A stretch of DNA of 64,000 nt from the IMG/VR virus record IMGVR_UViG_3300045988_095842. The stretch is one strand, 5' to 3'. Position 1 is the stretch's first letter. Each line of letters opens with the position of its first letter. The notes under the pieces were generated by a model. The model had not been told where the DNA came from, made no database searches, and saw only the letters and a list, made by a program, of their open reading frames with translations. Shown here in pieces: positions 49,682-58,051 of this stretch. A program made the position numbers and the translations under genes. Origin of the DNA: a virus.

Positions 49682-50161
49682 TCAGTCCCAAAGGACCGAC
49701 AAATCATACCTGTTGTGTACCTGGAGCCGTCTGGAGGGGATCCTCCTTCCGTAATTCTCCGCATCATCCACGCTTATGCTTTTCTTCGTGGTGACTCTCT
49801 GAAATTCTTCAAACACCCCAATGTCCATCCAAAATGTCTTTTCGTGAGCCCTGAAATTTAATATCAACCCGGCAGTAGCTCCCCCGATCGCCGAAGCATT
49901 ATGCAGTGCAATAAGCTGCTCCGGTTTTATCATTGGGCTTACTCCATCGAAGGAAATCGATCTCTCCTTCGTGCTCTTGAGCTCCATGCAGATCATCTGA
50001 CCATTCCTGCAAAGGACCGCATCATAAGGACTCTTCAGCGCAAATCTCTGTGTGCTGTGCTCCTTGTCGAAACCGATTGCGCTGTCATGAAGCCTCAGGT
50101 AGTAAACGCTCTTCGGGACGGAATCCTTGATGTCTTTTTCAAACTGCTTTCCCGGATTCAC
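49682..50161 (-). CDS. RecU-like Holliday junction resolvase (probable GTG start 50161)
   Basis: GKQFEKDIKDSV..YYLRLHDS..SPYDAVLCRNGQMICMELKSTK..IKPEQLIALH..GLILNF follows RecU motif order. Confidence 0.55.
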   Translation of the reverse strand: MNPGKQFEKDIKDSVPKSVYYLRLHDSAIGFDKEHSTQRFALKSPYDAVLCRNGQMICMELKSTKERSISFDGVSPMIKPEQLIALHNASAIGGATAGLILNFRAHEKTFWMDIGVFEEFQRVTTKKSISVDDAENYGRRIPSRRLQVHNRYDLSVLWD

Positions 50162-50825
50162 GTTCGTCCCTCTCTTTCCACATGCTCTCAACACGCTGCT
50201 CAATCCTTGCGATATCTGCCGGTGTATGATGTTCCTTGCGTCCAACGCTATCTATCCCCTTCACCTTCTCCGCTTCAAGAAGCCTTGCCGCCTCCTGCTT
50301 TTTCCGCTCAATCGCCATGCGAATATCTGTCTGGCCGGCCTTTTCCTGTCGATCTACAACGGACCGGAAAATCTTCACAAAATGCGACTGCTCTACGCTT
50401 TCAACTGTCTCGGCATCCATCAGGGCAAGCTCTCTGAGATTGGCTGCACTTCCGACCGCCCTCTGACACGCTTCCGGAAGCTTTGCAAACTCTGTTTCCG
50501 CGTTATATCCGCTGTTACGGATCGCAACTCTTACGTGGCTCCACGCTTCCGTTTCCGTCATCTCATTCCCTGCAATGCGTCGGTACACCCTGCCTGTAAT
50601 ATCGGCAACCGTAGGCGGATAAGGAGAGGTCTTCAGGATTTCCATTACCGCCCTGTTGGCATCCGGATAAGGGATATCCTTGAGCAGCGCATACCAGACA
50701 TCCCTTGCATAGTCATCCGGTAAGAAATTTTGAGTCGGATACACAGCTTTCATTCCCTTGACCAAAATCGAAAATTCCTGCTTCGTCACTTTGCGCCTCA
50801 CTTCTTGCCAGCCAATCGTCAACAT
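50139..50825 (-). CDS. G39P-like helicase loader/inhibitor family protein (start uncertain)
   Basis: AVYPTQNFLPDDYARDVWYALLKDIPY..V..IL..SPYPPTVADI pattern; long overlap with upstream ORF suggests a later start (50789 or 50753). Confidence 0.5.
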   Translation of the reverse strand: MLTIGWQEVRRKVTKQEFSILVKGMKAVYPTQNFLPDDYARDVWYALLKDIPYPDANRAVMEILKTSPYPPTVADITGRVYRRIAGNEMTETEAWSHVRVAIRNSGYNAETEFAKLPEACQRAVGSAANLRELALMDAETVESVEQSHFVKIFRSVVDRQEKAGQTDIRMAIERKKQEAARLLEAEKVKGIDSVGRKEHHTPADIARIEQRVESMWKERDERESGKAV

Positions 50826-51627
50826 CGCTTATGCGATTATCAATCCGCTCCAGATACTCGCTCTTTCCTGTCGTACCTGACCTCGCCCTCTCAAGACGAT
50901 CCCAGGTAATGCCTTTGTATCCTGACGCCATACACTCCGTAATCAGCTTGACCACAGCATCCTCACCATGTTTGGCAGTCTTGTCTTTGGCGATGCTGAC
51001 AAGACTCTTTAAACCGGTTTCCGTAATCGGTGTTCCCTGCTCTCGCCTTGAAACAATCCAGTCAGCAAGCTTCTCAGCAACACTTTGAACCACTCCAAGC
51101 TCCTCAAGTCCTTCAGCCGGAAAATCGCAGATCGTAAGGGGGACTATAGGGGGATTATCCCCATTATTACTTTCTTTACCTTCTTCCCTTCTTTTACTTT
51201 CTTTACTTTCTTTTGCTTCTTTTCTTTCGTTTCTTTGAGATTGTGTCGGTATCGTGTCACCATCGTGTCGGTATCGTGTCACCATCGTGTCATCTTCTTG
51301 TCGTTCATCGTGTCGGTCTTGATACTTCTCATACTCACAAACCTTGTAAATACAGTGTTTTCCGACCTTTCTGATTGTGACGCTGTTCGTGTCGATTAAA
51401 TGCGAAATTGCTGTCCTTACCATGCGCACAGTTAATCCGTTGTTTTCTGCAATAGATGTCAGCGATTCCAACACCTCACCGCGCTTCAACTCGATTCCGT
51501 GCCAGCTTCCGTCTTGCCATCTCGCCGTAAAAAGAAGGTGGAGAAAAACAATCTTGGTGGCCGGATCGTCATACCACTCCCAGGACAGCATCTTCCTGTT
51601 CAACTTTATCCAGTTCCCTTCACACAT
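50713..51627 (-). CDS. Replisome organiser / replication initiator (winged-helix N-terminus, conserved phage C-terminus)
   Basis: NWIKLNRKMLSWEWYDDP..FLHLL N-terminus; TETGLKSLVSIAKD..VKLITECMASGYKGITWD C-terminus; internal iterons. Confidence 0.65.
   Translation of the reverse strand: MCEGNWIKLNRKMLSWEWYDDPATKIVFLHLLFTARWQDGSWHGIELKRGEVLESLTSIAENNGLTVRMVRTAISHLIDTNSVTIRKVGKHCIYKVCEYEKYQDRHDERQEDDTMVTRYRHDGDTIPTQSQRNERKEAKESKESKRREEGKESNNGDNPPIVPLTICDFPAEGLEELGVVQSVAEKLADWIVSRREQGTPITETGLKSLVSIAKDKTAKHGEDAVVKLITECMASGYKGITWDRLERARSGTTGKSEYLERIDNRISDVDDWLARSEAQSDEAGIFDFGQGNESCVSDSKFLTG
51240..51314. repeat. Iterons (putative origin) inside the replisome-organiser gene
   Basis: A(T/C)TGTGTC-type octamer ATCGTGTC at 51251, 51262, 51273, 51284 and 51307, degenerate ATTGTGTC at 51240; exact 11-bp phasing of the first five. 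Confidence 0.7.
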
Positions 51628-51880
51628 TTCTTTTCTCCACAAAAATGGAATGAATACGCCGTTTCAAGCGAAAATTTATGAAACTTTAATACACAAATTG
51701 AAACATTCATCCCATAATCACCCCGTTTGTCACTGCATTTATAGAGCAGAAACACTATTTATTAGCCTAATTTTATATCGTGTTTACCGCATTGTCAGCA
51801 TAAAACTATTATTATTTTTTATGTAAACCAAAATGTACCTAAACAATTTAGTACGCATTTGGTTTACATAAATAGAATAA

Positions 51881-52690
51881 TTAGAATGACAATACAAGTT
51901 CCTCAGAGTTAATAGGGTGATCAGGATTGAACAGATCCCTGCAGCAGTCACATCCTCCGCACCTTGAAGGAAGCTCCTCTCCGTTCTTCACGCGAACCAG
52001 ATGAGGCATGTTTGCCTCCACCTTGGCAAGTGCATCATCCAGGATGTACTGCTCCACCCATGTAGGAGGAGTAACTGTCGGATGCTTTTGCTTGTCCACT
52101 GCTACAATGCAGAAGGGAAGCTTTTCTCCGGTATTCTGCCGGACGATCTCCTGATAAATTGCCCCTTGAATGTCATAGCCCCAATACTGGATAAAATTAA
52201 CCGGATACCCAAGGTCTTTAATCCAGAACGCTTTATCAATCTGCCTCGTTGTCTTCAGATCGCAGATACACTTCCCAGGGAAATATGAATCCATTTTGAT
52301 CTTCCATTTCTGACCAAAAAGCTCACCGGTCATAATGGTCTGATGATCTCCGGATAAATACTTCACAAGAAGATCACACTTCTTTATCCGCTCAATCAGT
52401 ACATCTCCAACGGCATACTTTGCATATAACGTCCCGTCATTCCGGAACATTTCAGGGTGCCCGGCACGGAAAATATGGAATGCATTGATGCCTTCAAAAT
52501 AGGCGTCAACATAAGAGCCTATAAGAAGAGCATCTGTCGTGTCCTCTTTCCATCGTCCGCTCAGCTTCATCATGGCACGGAATTCACATCCAGGTCTTCC
52601 GTATGTCCCAACAAAATCCTTGTATTGAGACGCCGACCAGTATTCCATATCCGCTTCTGTAGAATAGTAGTTAGAATCATTCAATTTCAT
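51881..52690 (-). CDS. PD-(D/E)XK exonuclease, Cas4/RecB-like with Cys cluster
   Basis: IKMDSYF..ICDLKTT nuclease core; one N-terminal Cys plus C-terminal RCGGCDCC; adjacent to recT. Confidence 0.65.
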   Translation of the reverse strand: MKLNDSNYYSTEADMEYWSASQYKDFVGTYGRPGCEFRAMMKLSGRWKEDTTDALLIGSYVDAYFEGINAFHIFRAGHPEMFRNDGTLYAKYAVGDVLIERIKKCDLLVKYLSGDHQTIMTGELFGQKWKIKMDSYFPGKCICDLKTTRQIDKAFWIKDLGYPVNFIQYWGYDIQGAIYQEIVRQNTGEKLPFCIVAVDKQKHPTVTPPTWVEQYILDDALAKVEANMPHLVRVKNGEELPSRCGGCDCCRDLFNPDHPINSEELVLSF

Positions 52691-52925
52691 CAAAGACCAG
52701 CTCCGTTCCATCAGCCGTTGTATCGCTCGGCGTATTTGCTCTCATGAGATACTCTGCAAGAGAATCCTGATTTACATAAACCTTTTTTCTCCCTGCCCGC
52801 AGAAAGGCAATTTTCTTTTCCTTCACAAGCTGTCTGATCAGATAATCAGGAATGTGAAACAACTCTGCTGTTTCCTGCACCGATCCAACATGAGGAATCC
52901 AGTTGGGATTATTTATAGCATTCAT
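52677..52925 (-). CDS. Excisionase/MerR-type HTH protein
   Basis: TAELFHIPDYLIRQLVKEKKIAFLRAGRKKVYV pattern. Confidence 0.55.
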   Translation of the reverse strand: MNAINNPNWIPHVGSVQETAELFHIPDYLIRQLVKEKKIAFLRAGRKKVYVNQDSLAEYLMRANTPSDTTADGTELVFDEIE

Positions 52926-53659
52926 CTCAGATCCTCCAGTTCTACCTGTTCGTAATTATCAAACGGCTGCTCCTCAGGCTCCTTCTGCTCCAGAACGTGC
53001 TGCTCTTTCTTCTCAACGGCGTTAATCGGATCAATAACCTGTCTGGATGCCTCTTCCTGCTTCGCAGTAGCCTCAATATCAGCACTTTCCTCTTCAGAGT
53101 AGGTATTCCCAAAGTCATTCGGAAAAGCCTCTCTAAGGGCCCTTGCAAGCGCCGTCTTGCGGATCATCATCCCAGGTCTCTTCTGCCACTGAGAATTCGG
53201 ATTCCCATTCTTCGAAGTCACAACCGCATCCTCATAATCGACAACCGACTCATAAGGATGCGTCCGGTCATTTCTGTAGACCTCAGCCCATCCAGCCAAG
53301 AGCTTCTCTCCCTCGTAGACAGCAGATCCACGGCGCTTTTCTACTGCATTCGTTTCCTCGTTTCTGACAATCACGCCGGCAGAAAATCCGTCATAAGTCT
53401 CAAATGTATCCGCTCTCTTCATAAGGGCATTGATACTCATGACCATTGCCGCAGGGAAATCACCATACTTGATGAGATAGGCATCGTTCGCAAACGGATT
53501 AAGCTTATTCGCTTTGCAAAGTCCCATGAACATCATGACTTCCTGGTCAGATACCGCCCCGTTTCCTCTGACAAGATAGGACTTCACTGTTGCCGGCGTA
53601 AGACGCACCTCCTCAGATCCGGACATATAGCACAACTCACTTCTCTTTACTTCTGCCAT
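52922..53659 (-). CDS. recT: RecT-family single-strand annealing protein
   Basis: FMGLCKANKLNPFANDAYLIKYGDFPAAMVMSINALMKRA and downstream RecT-like pattern. Confidence 0.8.
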   Translation of the reverse strand: MAEVKRSELCYMSGSEEVRLTPATVKSYLVRGNGAVSDQEVMMFMGLCKANKLNPFANDAYLIKYGDFPAAMVMSINALMKRADTFETYDGFSAGVIVRNEETNAVEKRRGSAVYEGEKLLAGWAEVYRNDRTHPYESVVDYEDAVVTSKNGNPNSQWQKRPGMMIRKTALARALREAFPNDFGNTYSEEESADIEATAKQEEASRQVIDPINAVEKKEQHVLEQKEPEEQPFDNYEQVELEDLR

Positions 53660-53671
53660 TTCTTTTTCCTC

Positions 53672-53857
53672 CTATATCGCTTCTTTTCCCGCCGTTTCCA
53701 AGTGATCACCCTCCATGTAGATGAACTCCTCTACATCCATCTGGGAAAGACAATCCTTGTGATACTCATTGACTCCGGAATAGATCTCATCACCAGGAAG
53801 AATTTCTTCCTCGCAATACGCACAATATCTTTTCGGCGGATCATAACGCATTTTCAT
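53672..53857 (-). CDS. small zinc-binding-like protein (start ATG 53857)
   Basis: CAYCEEE ... HKDC; internal start avoids overlap with 53868..54104. Confidence 0.5.
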   Translation of the reverse strand: MKMRYDPPKRYCAYCEEEILPGDEIYSGVNEYHKDCLSQMDVEEFIYMEGDHLETAGKEAI

Positions 53858-53867
53858 TTCGCGCCTC

Positions 53868-54104
53868 TCAAGCAAGAACAATGTTGTACTTCTGACCAAA
53901 CTCAAAATCGCTGATTTTCTCATCAAACGTTTCAAGTGCTGCCTTGCGGATCTTCCGGTTTTTCCATTCCTTCGGGCTGAGGTCCATATAATCCGACACA
54001 ACCCATTCGCCCAAAATGTCCTTCTCAACATGCTCAAGGATCTGCTCTCTGCGGTTATAGCGATATACCCGCGTTCCGACACGTTTCTTAAAGCTGTATC
54101 TCAT
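53868..54104 (-). CDS. hypothetical protein (start ATG 54104)
   Basis: MRYSFKKRVGTRVYRYNRREQ..; early operon packing. Confidence 0.5.
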   Translation of the reverse strand: MRYSFKKRVGTRVYRYNRREQILEHVEKDILGEWVVSDYMDLSPKEWKNRKIRKAALETFDEKISDFEFGQKYNIVLA

Positions 54105-54130
54105 CTTTGTCCTCCTTCCGAAACATTGTT

Positions 54131-54625
54131 TCATTTCTTTGTTTTTGCTTTTTCCGCAAAAAGTTTCATCTCACTGATTACTTCCGAAAGATGATCAAGC
54201 TGAGCCAGAATTCCATCCAGACTTTCTTCCTCATCCGGAGAAACCTTTCCGTCTTCAGAAATCTGAATGATCTCTTTTTGCAGTTCTTCGACTCTTGCAA
54301 GACTGCTGACCAATCTGAGGGCGATTCCCTCCAACCCCTTCTGTTCTGTTGCAAGCGGAAGATTTTTTCCGATCGGGCATTCACTCTTGCAATACTGAGT
54401 CTTTAATTCGGGCGCATGATAGAAATCTGCCATCAGCACTACCTTGTCAACCGGAACAACTTTGGTATTGCCATTCTCGTAATCAGCAAGTGTATAAAGT
54501 GATACTCCTAAGATATCCGCCGCCATTTCACGGCTTGCAAAACGTTCATCACGCTTTGCCGCCTCTTTTCTAGCCCTGTAATACACATTTTCGTTCGATA
54601 ACACGGTTGATTTCCCACCTTCCAT
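54131..54625 (-). CDS. XRE-family HTH protein (early operon)
   Basis: SREMAADILGVSLYTLADYENGNT HTH; start set to ATG 54625. Confidence 0.65.
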   Translation of the reverse strand: MEGGKSTVLSNENVYYRARKEAAKRDERFASREMAADILGVSLYTLADYENGNTKVVPVDKVVLMADFYHAPELKTQYCKSECPIGKNLPLATEQKGLEGIALRLVSSLARVEELQKEIIQISEDGKVSPDEEESLDGILAQLDHLSEVISEMKLFAEKAKTKK

Positions 54626-54641
54626 ACTGCCAATACATGAT

Positions 54642-54836
54642 TTAATACTCATTGGAGATGCCAAGATGCTCAGAAATAGCATCAATAAGCGGCCTGGAAA
54701 TCCTTGTTCCGTTAATCACGGAAGAAACATTTGAACGGCTTCTCTTTACAGCTTTTGCAAGCTCTCCAACTGAGATTTCCTGGTCAGACATTGCTCTTTT
54801 GGCTCTGTAACACCAGTCAGACGCATTTTTTACCAT
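54642..54836 (-). CDS. Cro-like HTH repressor
   Basis: 64 aa, ISVGELAKAVKRSRSNVSSVINGT; first gene of leftward early operon, divergent from cI-like gene. Confidence 0.7.
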   Translation of the reverse strand: MVKNASDWCYRAKRAMSDQEISVGELAKAVKRSRSNVSSVINGTRISRPLIDAISEHLGISNEY

Positions 54837-54971
54837 AGTGCTCCTTTCACTGATTTTGTGTTAAAATCTGATAACATGAATACTTAATTGTGTACATCAA
54901 CTAGTACATAAATATATTACAACGCATTTGTATTTTTGTAAACCGATATGTTTTATTTTATGGAGGTTTTT
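54837..54971. promoter_or_regulatory. Divergent promoter/operator region of the lysis-lysogeny switch
   Basis: AT-rich 135-bp gap between Cro-like (-) and cI-like (+) genes with repeated GTACAT and inverted TTACAA..TTGTAA elements. Confidence 0.6.
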
Positions 54972-55346
54972 ATGACTGTAGGGCAACGTGTTCTTTATCT
55001 TATCGAAAAGCAAGGGCGCAAACGCATTGATTTAGCCGATCATCTCGGCACTTCCAGTAGCACAATCAATGGATGGAAAGAAGAAAACAGATCCCCATCT
55101 GCGACATATATTTTACCGATATGCGAATTTTTGGGTGTCACTCCTGAATTTCTACTGAGCGGAAAAGACGCAGTAAAATCAGATTTTCCATTATCTGCAC
55201 CAGAAAAGAAATTGATCAGTAGTTACAGACAGCTTCCAACCAACTTGCAAGAAAGACTATTTGGGTATGCCAACGGCATGCTGGAAGCTTATCTTACTTC
55301 TCAAGAAGAAAAAATGAACGCATCATCAATATCCAAGATATCTTAA
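54972..55346 (+). CDS. cI-like XRE-family repressor
   Basis: RIDLADHLGTSSSTINGWKEENRSP HTH; ATG 54972 with RBS GGAGG. Confidence 0.7.
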   Translation: MTVGQRVLYLIEKQGRKRIDLADHLGTSSSTINGWKEENRSPSATYILPICEFLGVTPEFLLSGKDAVKSDFPLSAPEKKLISSYRQLPTNLQERLFGYANGMLEAYLTSQEEKMNASSISKIS

Positions 55347-55360
55347 AGAGGAGGTAGGAA

Positions 55361-55729
55361 ATGGAATACAACCAGAAAGAATTTATGGAGCGCCTGCATG
55401 CCCTCATGTATGCTCATGGAATGAATAACAGAACACTCGCCAGAACGCTCGGAATGGCAGAAAGCATTGTATCCCATTGGGATGCAGGAACAGAACCCAA
55501 AATTACAACACTTGCAAAAATCTGCAAGCTGTTCCATGTCAACGCCGACTTCATGCTGTTCGGAAAAAGAAAAGAGCCGGCATCCACACTTATGATCGAA
55601 GACGTGAAGGAAAAAAATCTCGTTGAAGAATTCCGCCGGCTTACTCCAGATCAGCAGCTCATGGTTTACGGCTACACAAGTGCCTTGAATTACGGAAATC
55701 AAACTAAAAAGGCCAGAAAGGAATCATAA
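55361..55729 (+). CDS. Second XRE-family HTH protein of the lysogeny module
   Basis: NRTLARTLGMAESIVSHWDAGTEP HTH. Confidence 0.65.
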   Translation: MEYNQKEFMERLHALMYAHGMNNRTLARTLGMAESIVSHWDAGTEPKITTLAKICKLFHVNADFMLFGKRKEPASTLMIEDVKEKNLVEEFRRLTPDQQLMVYGYTSALNYGNQTKKARKES

Positions 55730-57087
55730 TGGCTTCCGTTGTTAAAAGGGGAGAGAACTACCGAATTGAAGTCTACTGCGGAATACAGGACGGAAAGAAA
55801 ATTCACAAGTACGCCACTTTCCGTCCGGACCCGGCAAAGTCAGAAAAGAAGAACCAGAAAGCTCTGGAAGAATTTATTTTCAAATTTGAGCAAAGGTGTA
55901 GAACCGGAGAAGTAGCATCCGACTCCACAACCTTTAAGGAGTATGCTCAGGAATGGATGAACAAATACCGTTCTGAACTTGAAAGCACAACGGTCTCCAC
56001 ATATATTGGTTGCCTGAACAAAGCCATTATCCCCTATATCGGATATATGAAGCTATCCTCCATTAAGCCGGCCACGATCCAAGACTTTGTAAACAGTCTC
56101 AGAAAGAAGACATACTCCTATAACAAGGGGCAGCGTAAGGGCCACTACTCGGAAGAATATATTCGGAATTGTAAAGCAGTCATCTCTTCCATCTTATCAA
56201 CTGCACAGGAAAACGGCCTTATAACATCTAATCCATGCTCCGTCAGAATCCGAAGAAATAAGAGTCAAAAAGAAATCGAAAGACAGGCGCACAAAATCCA
56301 GTGCTTTACTCCGGAAGAAGCTGCGCTCTTTTTGGATGTCATATCAAACCCGATCCCAATCACCGTACAAGAGCATACGCAAATACGAAAAGGTAAAAAG
56401 GTAATTATCAAAGCCCACGCACAAGGAACAATGAATGTGTCTCCTCAGCTCCAGACATTCTTTTGGCTTGCAATCTACTCAGGCTGCCGGCGCGGAGAAC
56501 TGATTGGCCTTACGTGGAAATATGTGAACTTTGAAAAAAACTGTATCACAATAGAAAGATCCCTTGCCTATACATCAAAATCTGGCGCCTATGTTAAAGC
56601 TCCAAAAACCAGCGCCGGATATAGGGACATTGATATGGTGCCATCAGTAATGGCAATGCTAAAGACTCAGAAAGAATCAGCAGAAGCATGGATGCAAAAC
56701 ATGGGAACAGCATGGAAGGGAAAACGGAATATTGAAGACTGCCCTGTGTTCATGCAGGAAGATGGAACGCCAATGTCCTTATGTACTCCAAGAAGAACCA
56801 TGCAGCGTGCAATTAACTGCTACAACGAATCCAGGAAGGAAGGTCAGCCAGAGCTCCCTTTAATCCGTCTACACGATTTGAGACACACTACAGCATCCAT
56901 CTTGATCTCCAGCAAGCTTGATCCTCCATCTGTGGCAAGCAGACTCGGCCACGCAGACCCGTCCGTGACCATGCGAATCTACAGCCACGCTTTTAAAAAC
57001 AGAGATCATCTAGCAAGCATGGCAATCCAGGAAAGTCTATCCAATGCCAGGAATGAAAATAATCAACCATCAGATCAGGGAAAATAA
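55729..57087 (+). CDS. int: Tyrosine recombinase (phage integrase)
   Basis: C-terminal HDLRHTTASILIS..VASRLGHADPSVTMRIYSH catalytic pattern; adjacent to att site. Confidence 0.9.
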   Translation: MASVVKRGENYRIEVYCGIQDGKKIHKYATFRPDPAKSEKKNQKALEEFIFKFEQRCRTGEVASDSTTFKEYAQEWMNKYRSELESTTVSTYIGCLNKAIIPYIGYMKLSSIKPATIQDFVNSLRKKTYSYNKGQRKGHYSEEYIRNCKAVISSILSTAQENGLITSNPCSVRIRRNKSQKEIERQAHKIQCFTPEEAALFLDVISNPIPITVQEHTQIRKGKKVIIKAHAQGTMNVSPQLQTFFWLAIYSGCRRGELIGLTWKYVNFEKNCITIERSLAYTSKSGAYVKAPKTSAGYRDIDMVPSVMAMLKTQKESAEAWMQNMGTAWKGKRNIEDCPVFMQEDGTPMSLCTPRRTMQRAINCYNESRKEGQPELPLIRLHDLRHTTASILISSKLDPPSVASRLGHADPSVTMRIYSHAFKNRDHLASMAIQESLSNARNENNQPSDQGK

Positions 57088-57096
57088 CACTGATTT

Positions 57097-57135
57097 TGTA
57101 TGCCAAAATGCCACATGGCATACAAATGACATACA
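57097..57135. repeat. Arm-type integrase-binding repeats, int-proximal arm
   Basis: GGCATACA inverted at 57097-57104, direct at 57117-57124, GACATACA at 57128-57135. Confidence 0.6.
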
Positions 57136-57180
57136 AACTCTATTTTTTCCGCACTTTTCGTGCAAATCAAAGACAAAACA

Positions 57181-57217
57181 AAAGCCGGAAAACCTTGTGT
57201 TTTCAAGGTTTCCGGCT
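57181..57217 (-). terminator. Hairpin terminator downstream of the tRNA fragment
   Basis: AGCCGGAAACCTTG-n6-CAAGGTTTTCCGGCT (one bulge) followed by TTTTGTTTTG on minus strand. Confidence 0.6.
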
Positions 57218-57219
57218 AA

Positions 57220-57266
57220 TGGAGATGACGGGGATCGAACCCGCGACCTCCAGATTGCGAATCTTA
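57220..57266 (-). tRNA. Partial tRNA-Ala(CGC): 3' portion only (anticodon loop to discriminator) = att core
   Basis: Minus strand GATTCGCAATCTGGAGGTCGCGGGTTCGATCCCCGTCATCTCCA: loop TTCGCAA, T-arm GCGGG-TTCGATC-CCCGT, acceptor CATCTCC with U70, A73; no 5' acceptor or D-arm upstream. Confidence 0.65.
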
Positions 57267-57368
57267 TATATATACATTACGCGCTTTCTCGCACGTCCAA
57301 AAAACGTTGATTTTAAAGCATTTCCTATGTTCTCTCTTTTTCTGTCTTTCTGTATCTTTCCCACAGGT

Positions 57369-57387
57369 GGCATACAAATGGCATACA
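57369..57387. repeat. Arm-type integrase-binding repeats, distal arm
   Basis: GGCATACA at 57369-57376 and 57380-57387; block CCACAGGTGGCATACAAATGGCATACA mirrors CCACATGGCATACAAATGACATACA at 57111-57135. Confidence 0.6.
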
Positions 57388-57465
57388 TTTTATATCAAAG
57401 ACATCATCCTCAGCTCACACGTTTATTATCTCCCTATAAAATACACTATCCGGAAAGACAGTAAA

Positions 57466-57491
57466 AGACCTGGACATTTCTGTCCAGGTCT
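57466..57491 (-). terminator. Rho-independent terminator ending the 64000->57496 gene series
   Basis: Perfect 11-bp stem AGACCTGGACA-TTTC-TGTCCAGGTCT followed by T-rich run on minus strand. Confidence 0.75.
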
Positions 57492-57495
57492 CTTA

Positions 57496-58038
57496 TTAGG
57501 AAGCTTTTCGTGTACTGTCGAATATACTGATACCAACCTCAGCTTCCGCAGTTTCAAGCAGCTTCACCGGATTCCAATTAAACTCACTTTCTATCTCATC
57601 TTTATACTGCAACAACCTGGCATCCCTCTCACCGCTCCATCCGTACTTCCGGTGCAATGCCAATAAAAGTGCTGCCGCAATCTGAGGATTAAGCCATGGC
57701 TTCTGACGCTTCCTCATATAGATTATTTCTGCCGAAGTCATAGGTCTGGCTTTTGCAGGATTACCATTGAGGAAATCAAACTCATGGTAGCTTCTCTCGA
57801 CTCCTCTTGCTCTAATTTCTATGCCAGTTTCATCCTCTAGCATCTTCAGCATGGAGGTGTTTGGATCCTTGGCGCATTCATTCCATGCATCCTGCGTCAT
57901 TTTCAATAGATCAAGAATACGTTTTCCTCTCCATCCATAGTATCTATATAATGCAATGGCTGCCGCACTATATACGATATTGACCTGTTTTTCCATTTCC
58001 CTTTGAAGTTCCATGCTAGCTCTTCTTACAGGATCCAT
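57496..58038 (-). CDS. hypothetical protein with internal duplication (start ATG 58038)
   Basis: AAAIALYRYYGWRGKRILDLL and AAALLLALHRKYGWSGERDARLL repeat units; RBS AAAGGAG. Confidence 0.55.
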   Translation of the reverse strand: MDPVRRASMELQREMEKQVNIVYSAAAIALYRYYGWRGKRILDLLKMTQDAWNECAKDPNTSMLKMLEDETGIEIRARGVERSYHEFDFLNGNPAKARPMTSAEIIYMRKRQKPWLNPQIAAALLLALHRKYGWSGERDARLLQYKDEIESEFNWNPVKLLETAEAEVGISIFDSTRKAS

Positions 58039-58051
58039 TCGCTTCTCCTTT

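Noticed and set aside
51165-51238. Polypyrimidine (CTTT-rich) tract, as a possible independent repeat element
   Set aside because: It encodes the K/E-rich linker (KEAKESKESKRREEGKE) of the replisome organiser. It is mentioned only as context for the adjacent iterons.
57220-57296. Possible complete tRNA gene next to the integrase
   Set aside because: Only the 3' ~45 nt are tRNA-like. The expected 5' acceptor strand (GGAGATG or GGGGATG) and D-arm are absent, and anticodon-stem pairing breaks at position 28. I called it a partial tRNA / att core instead.
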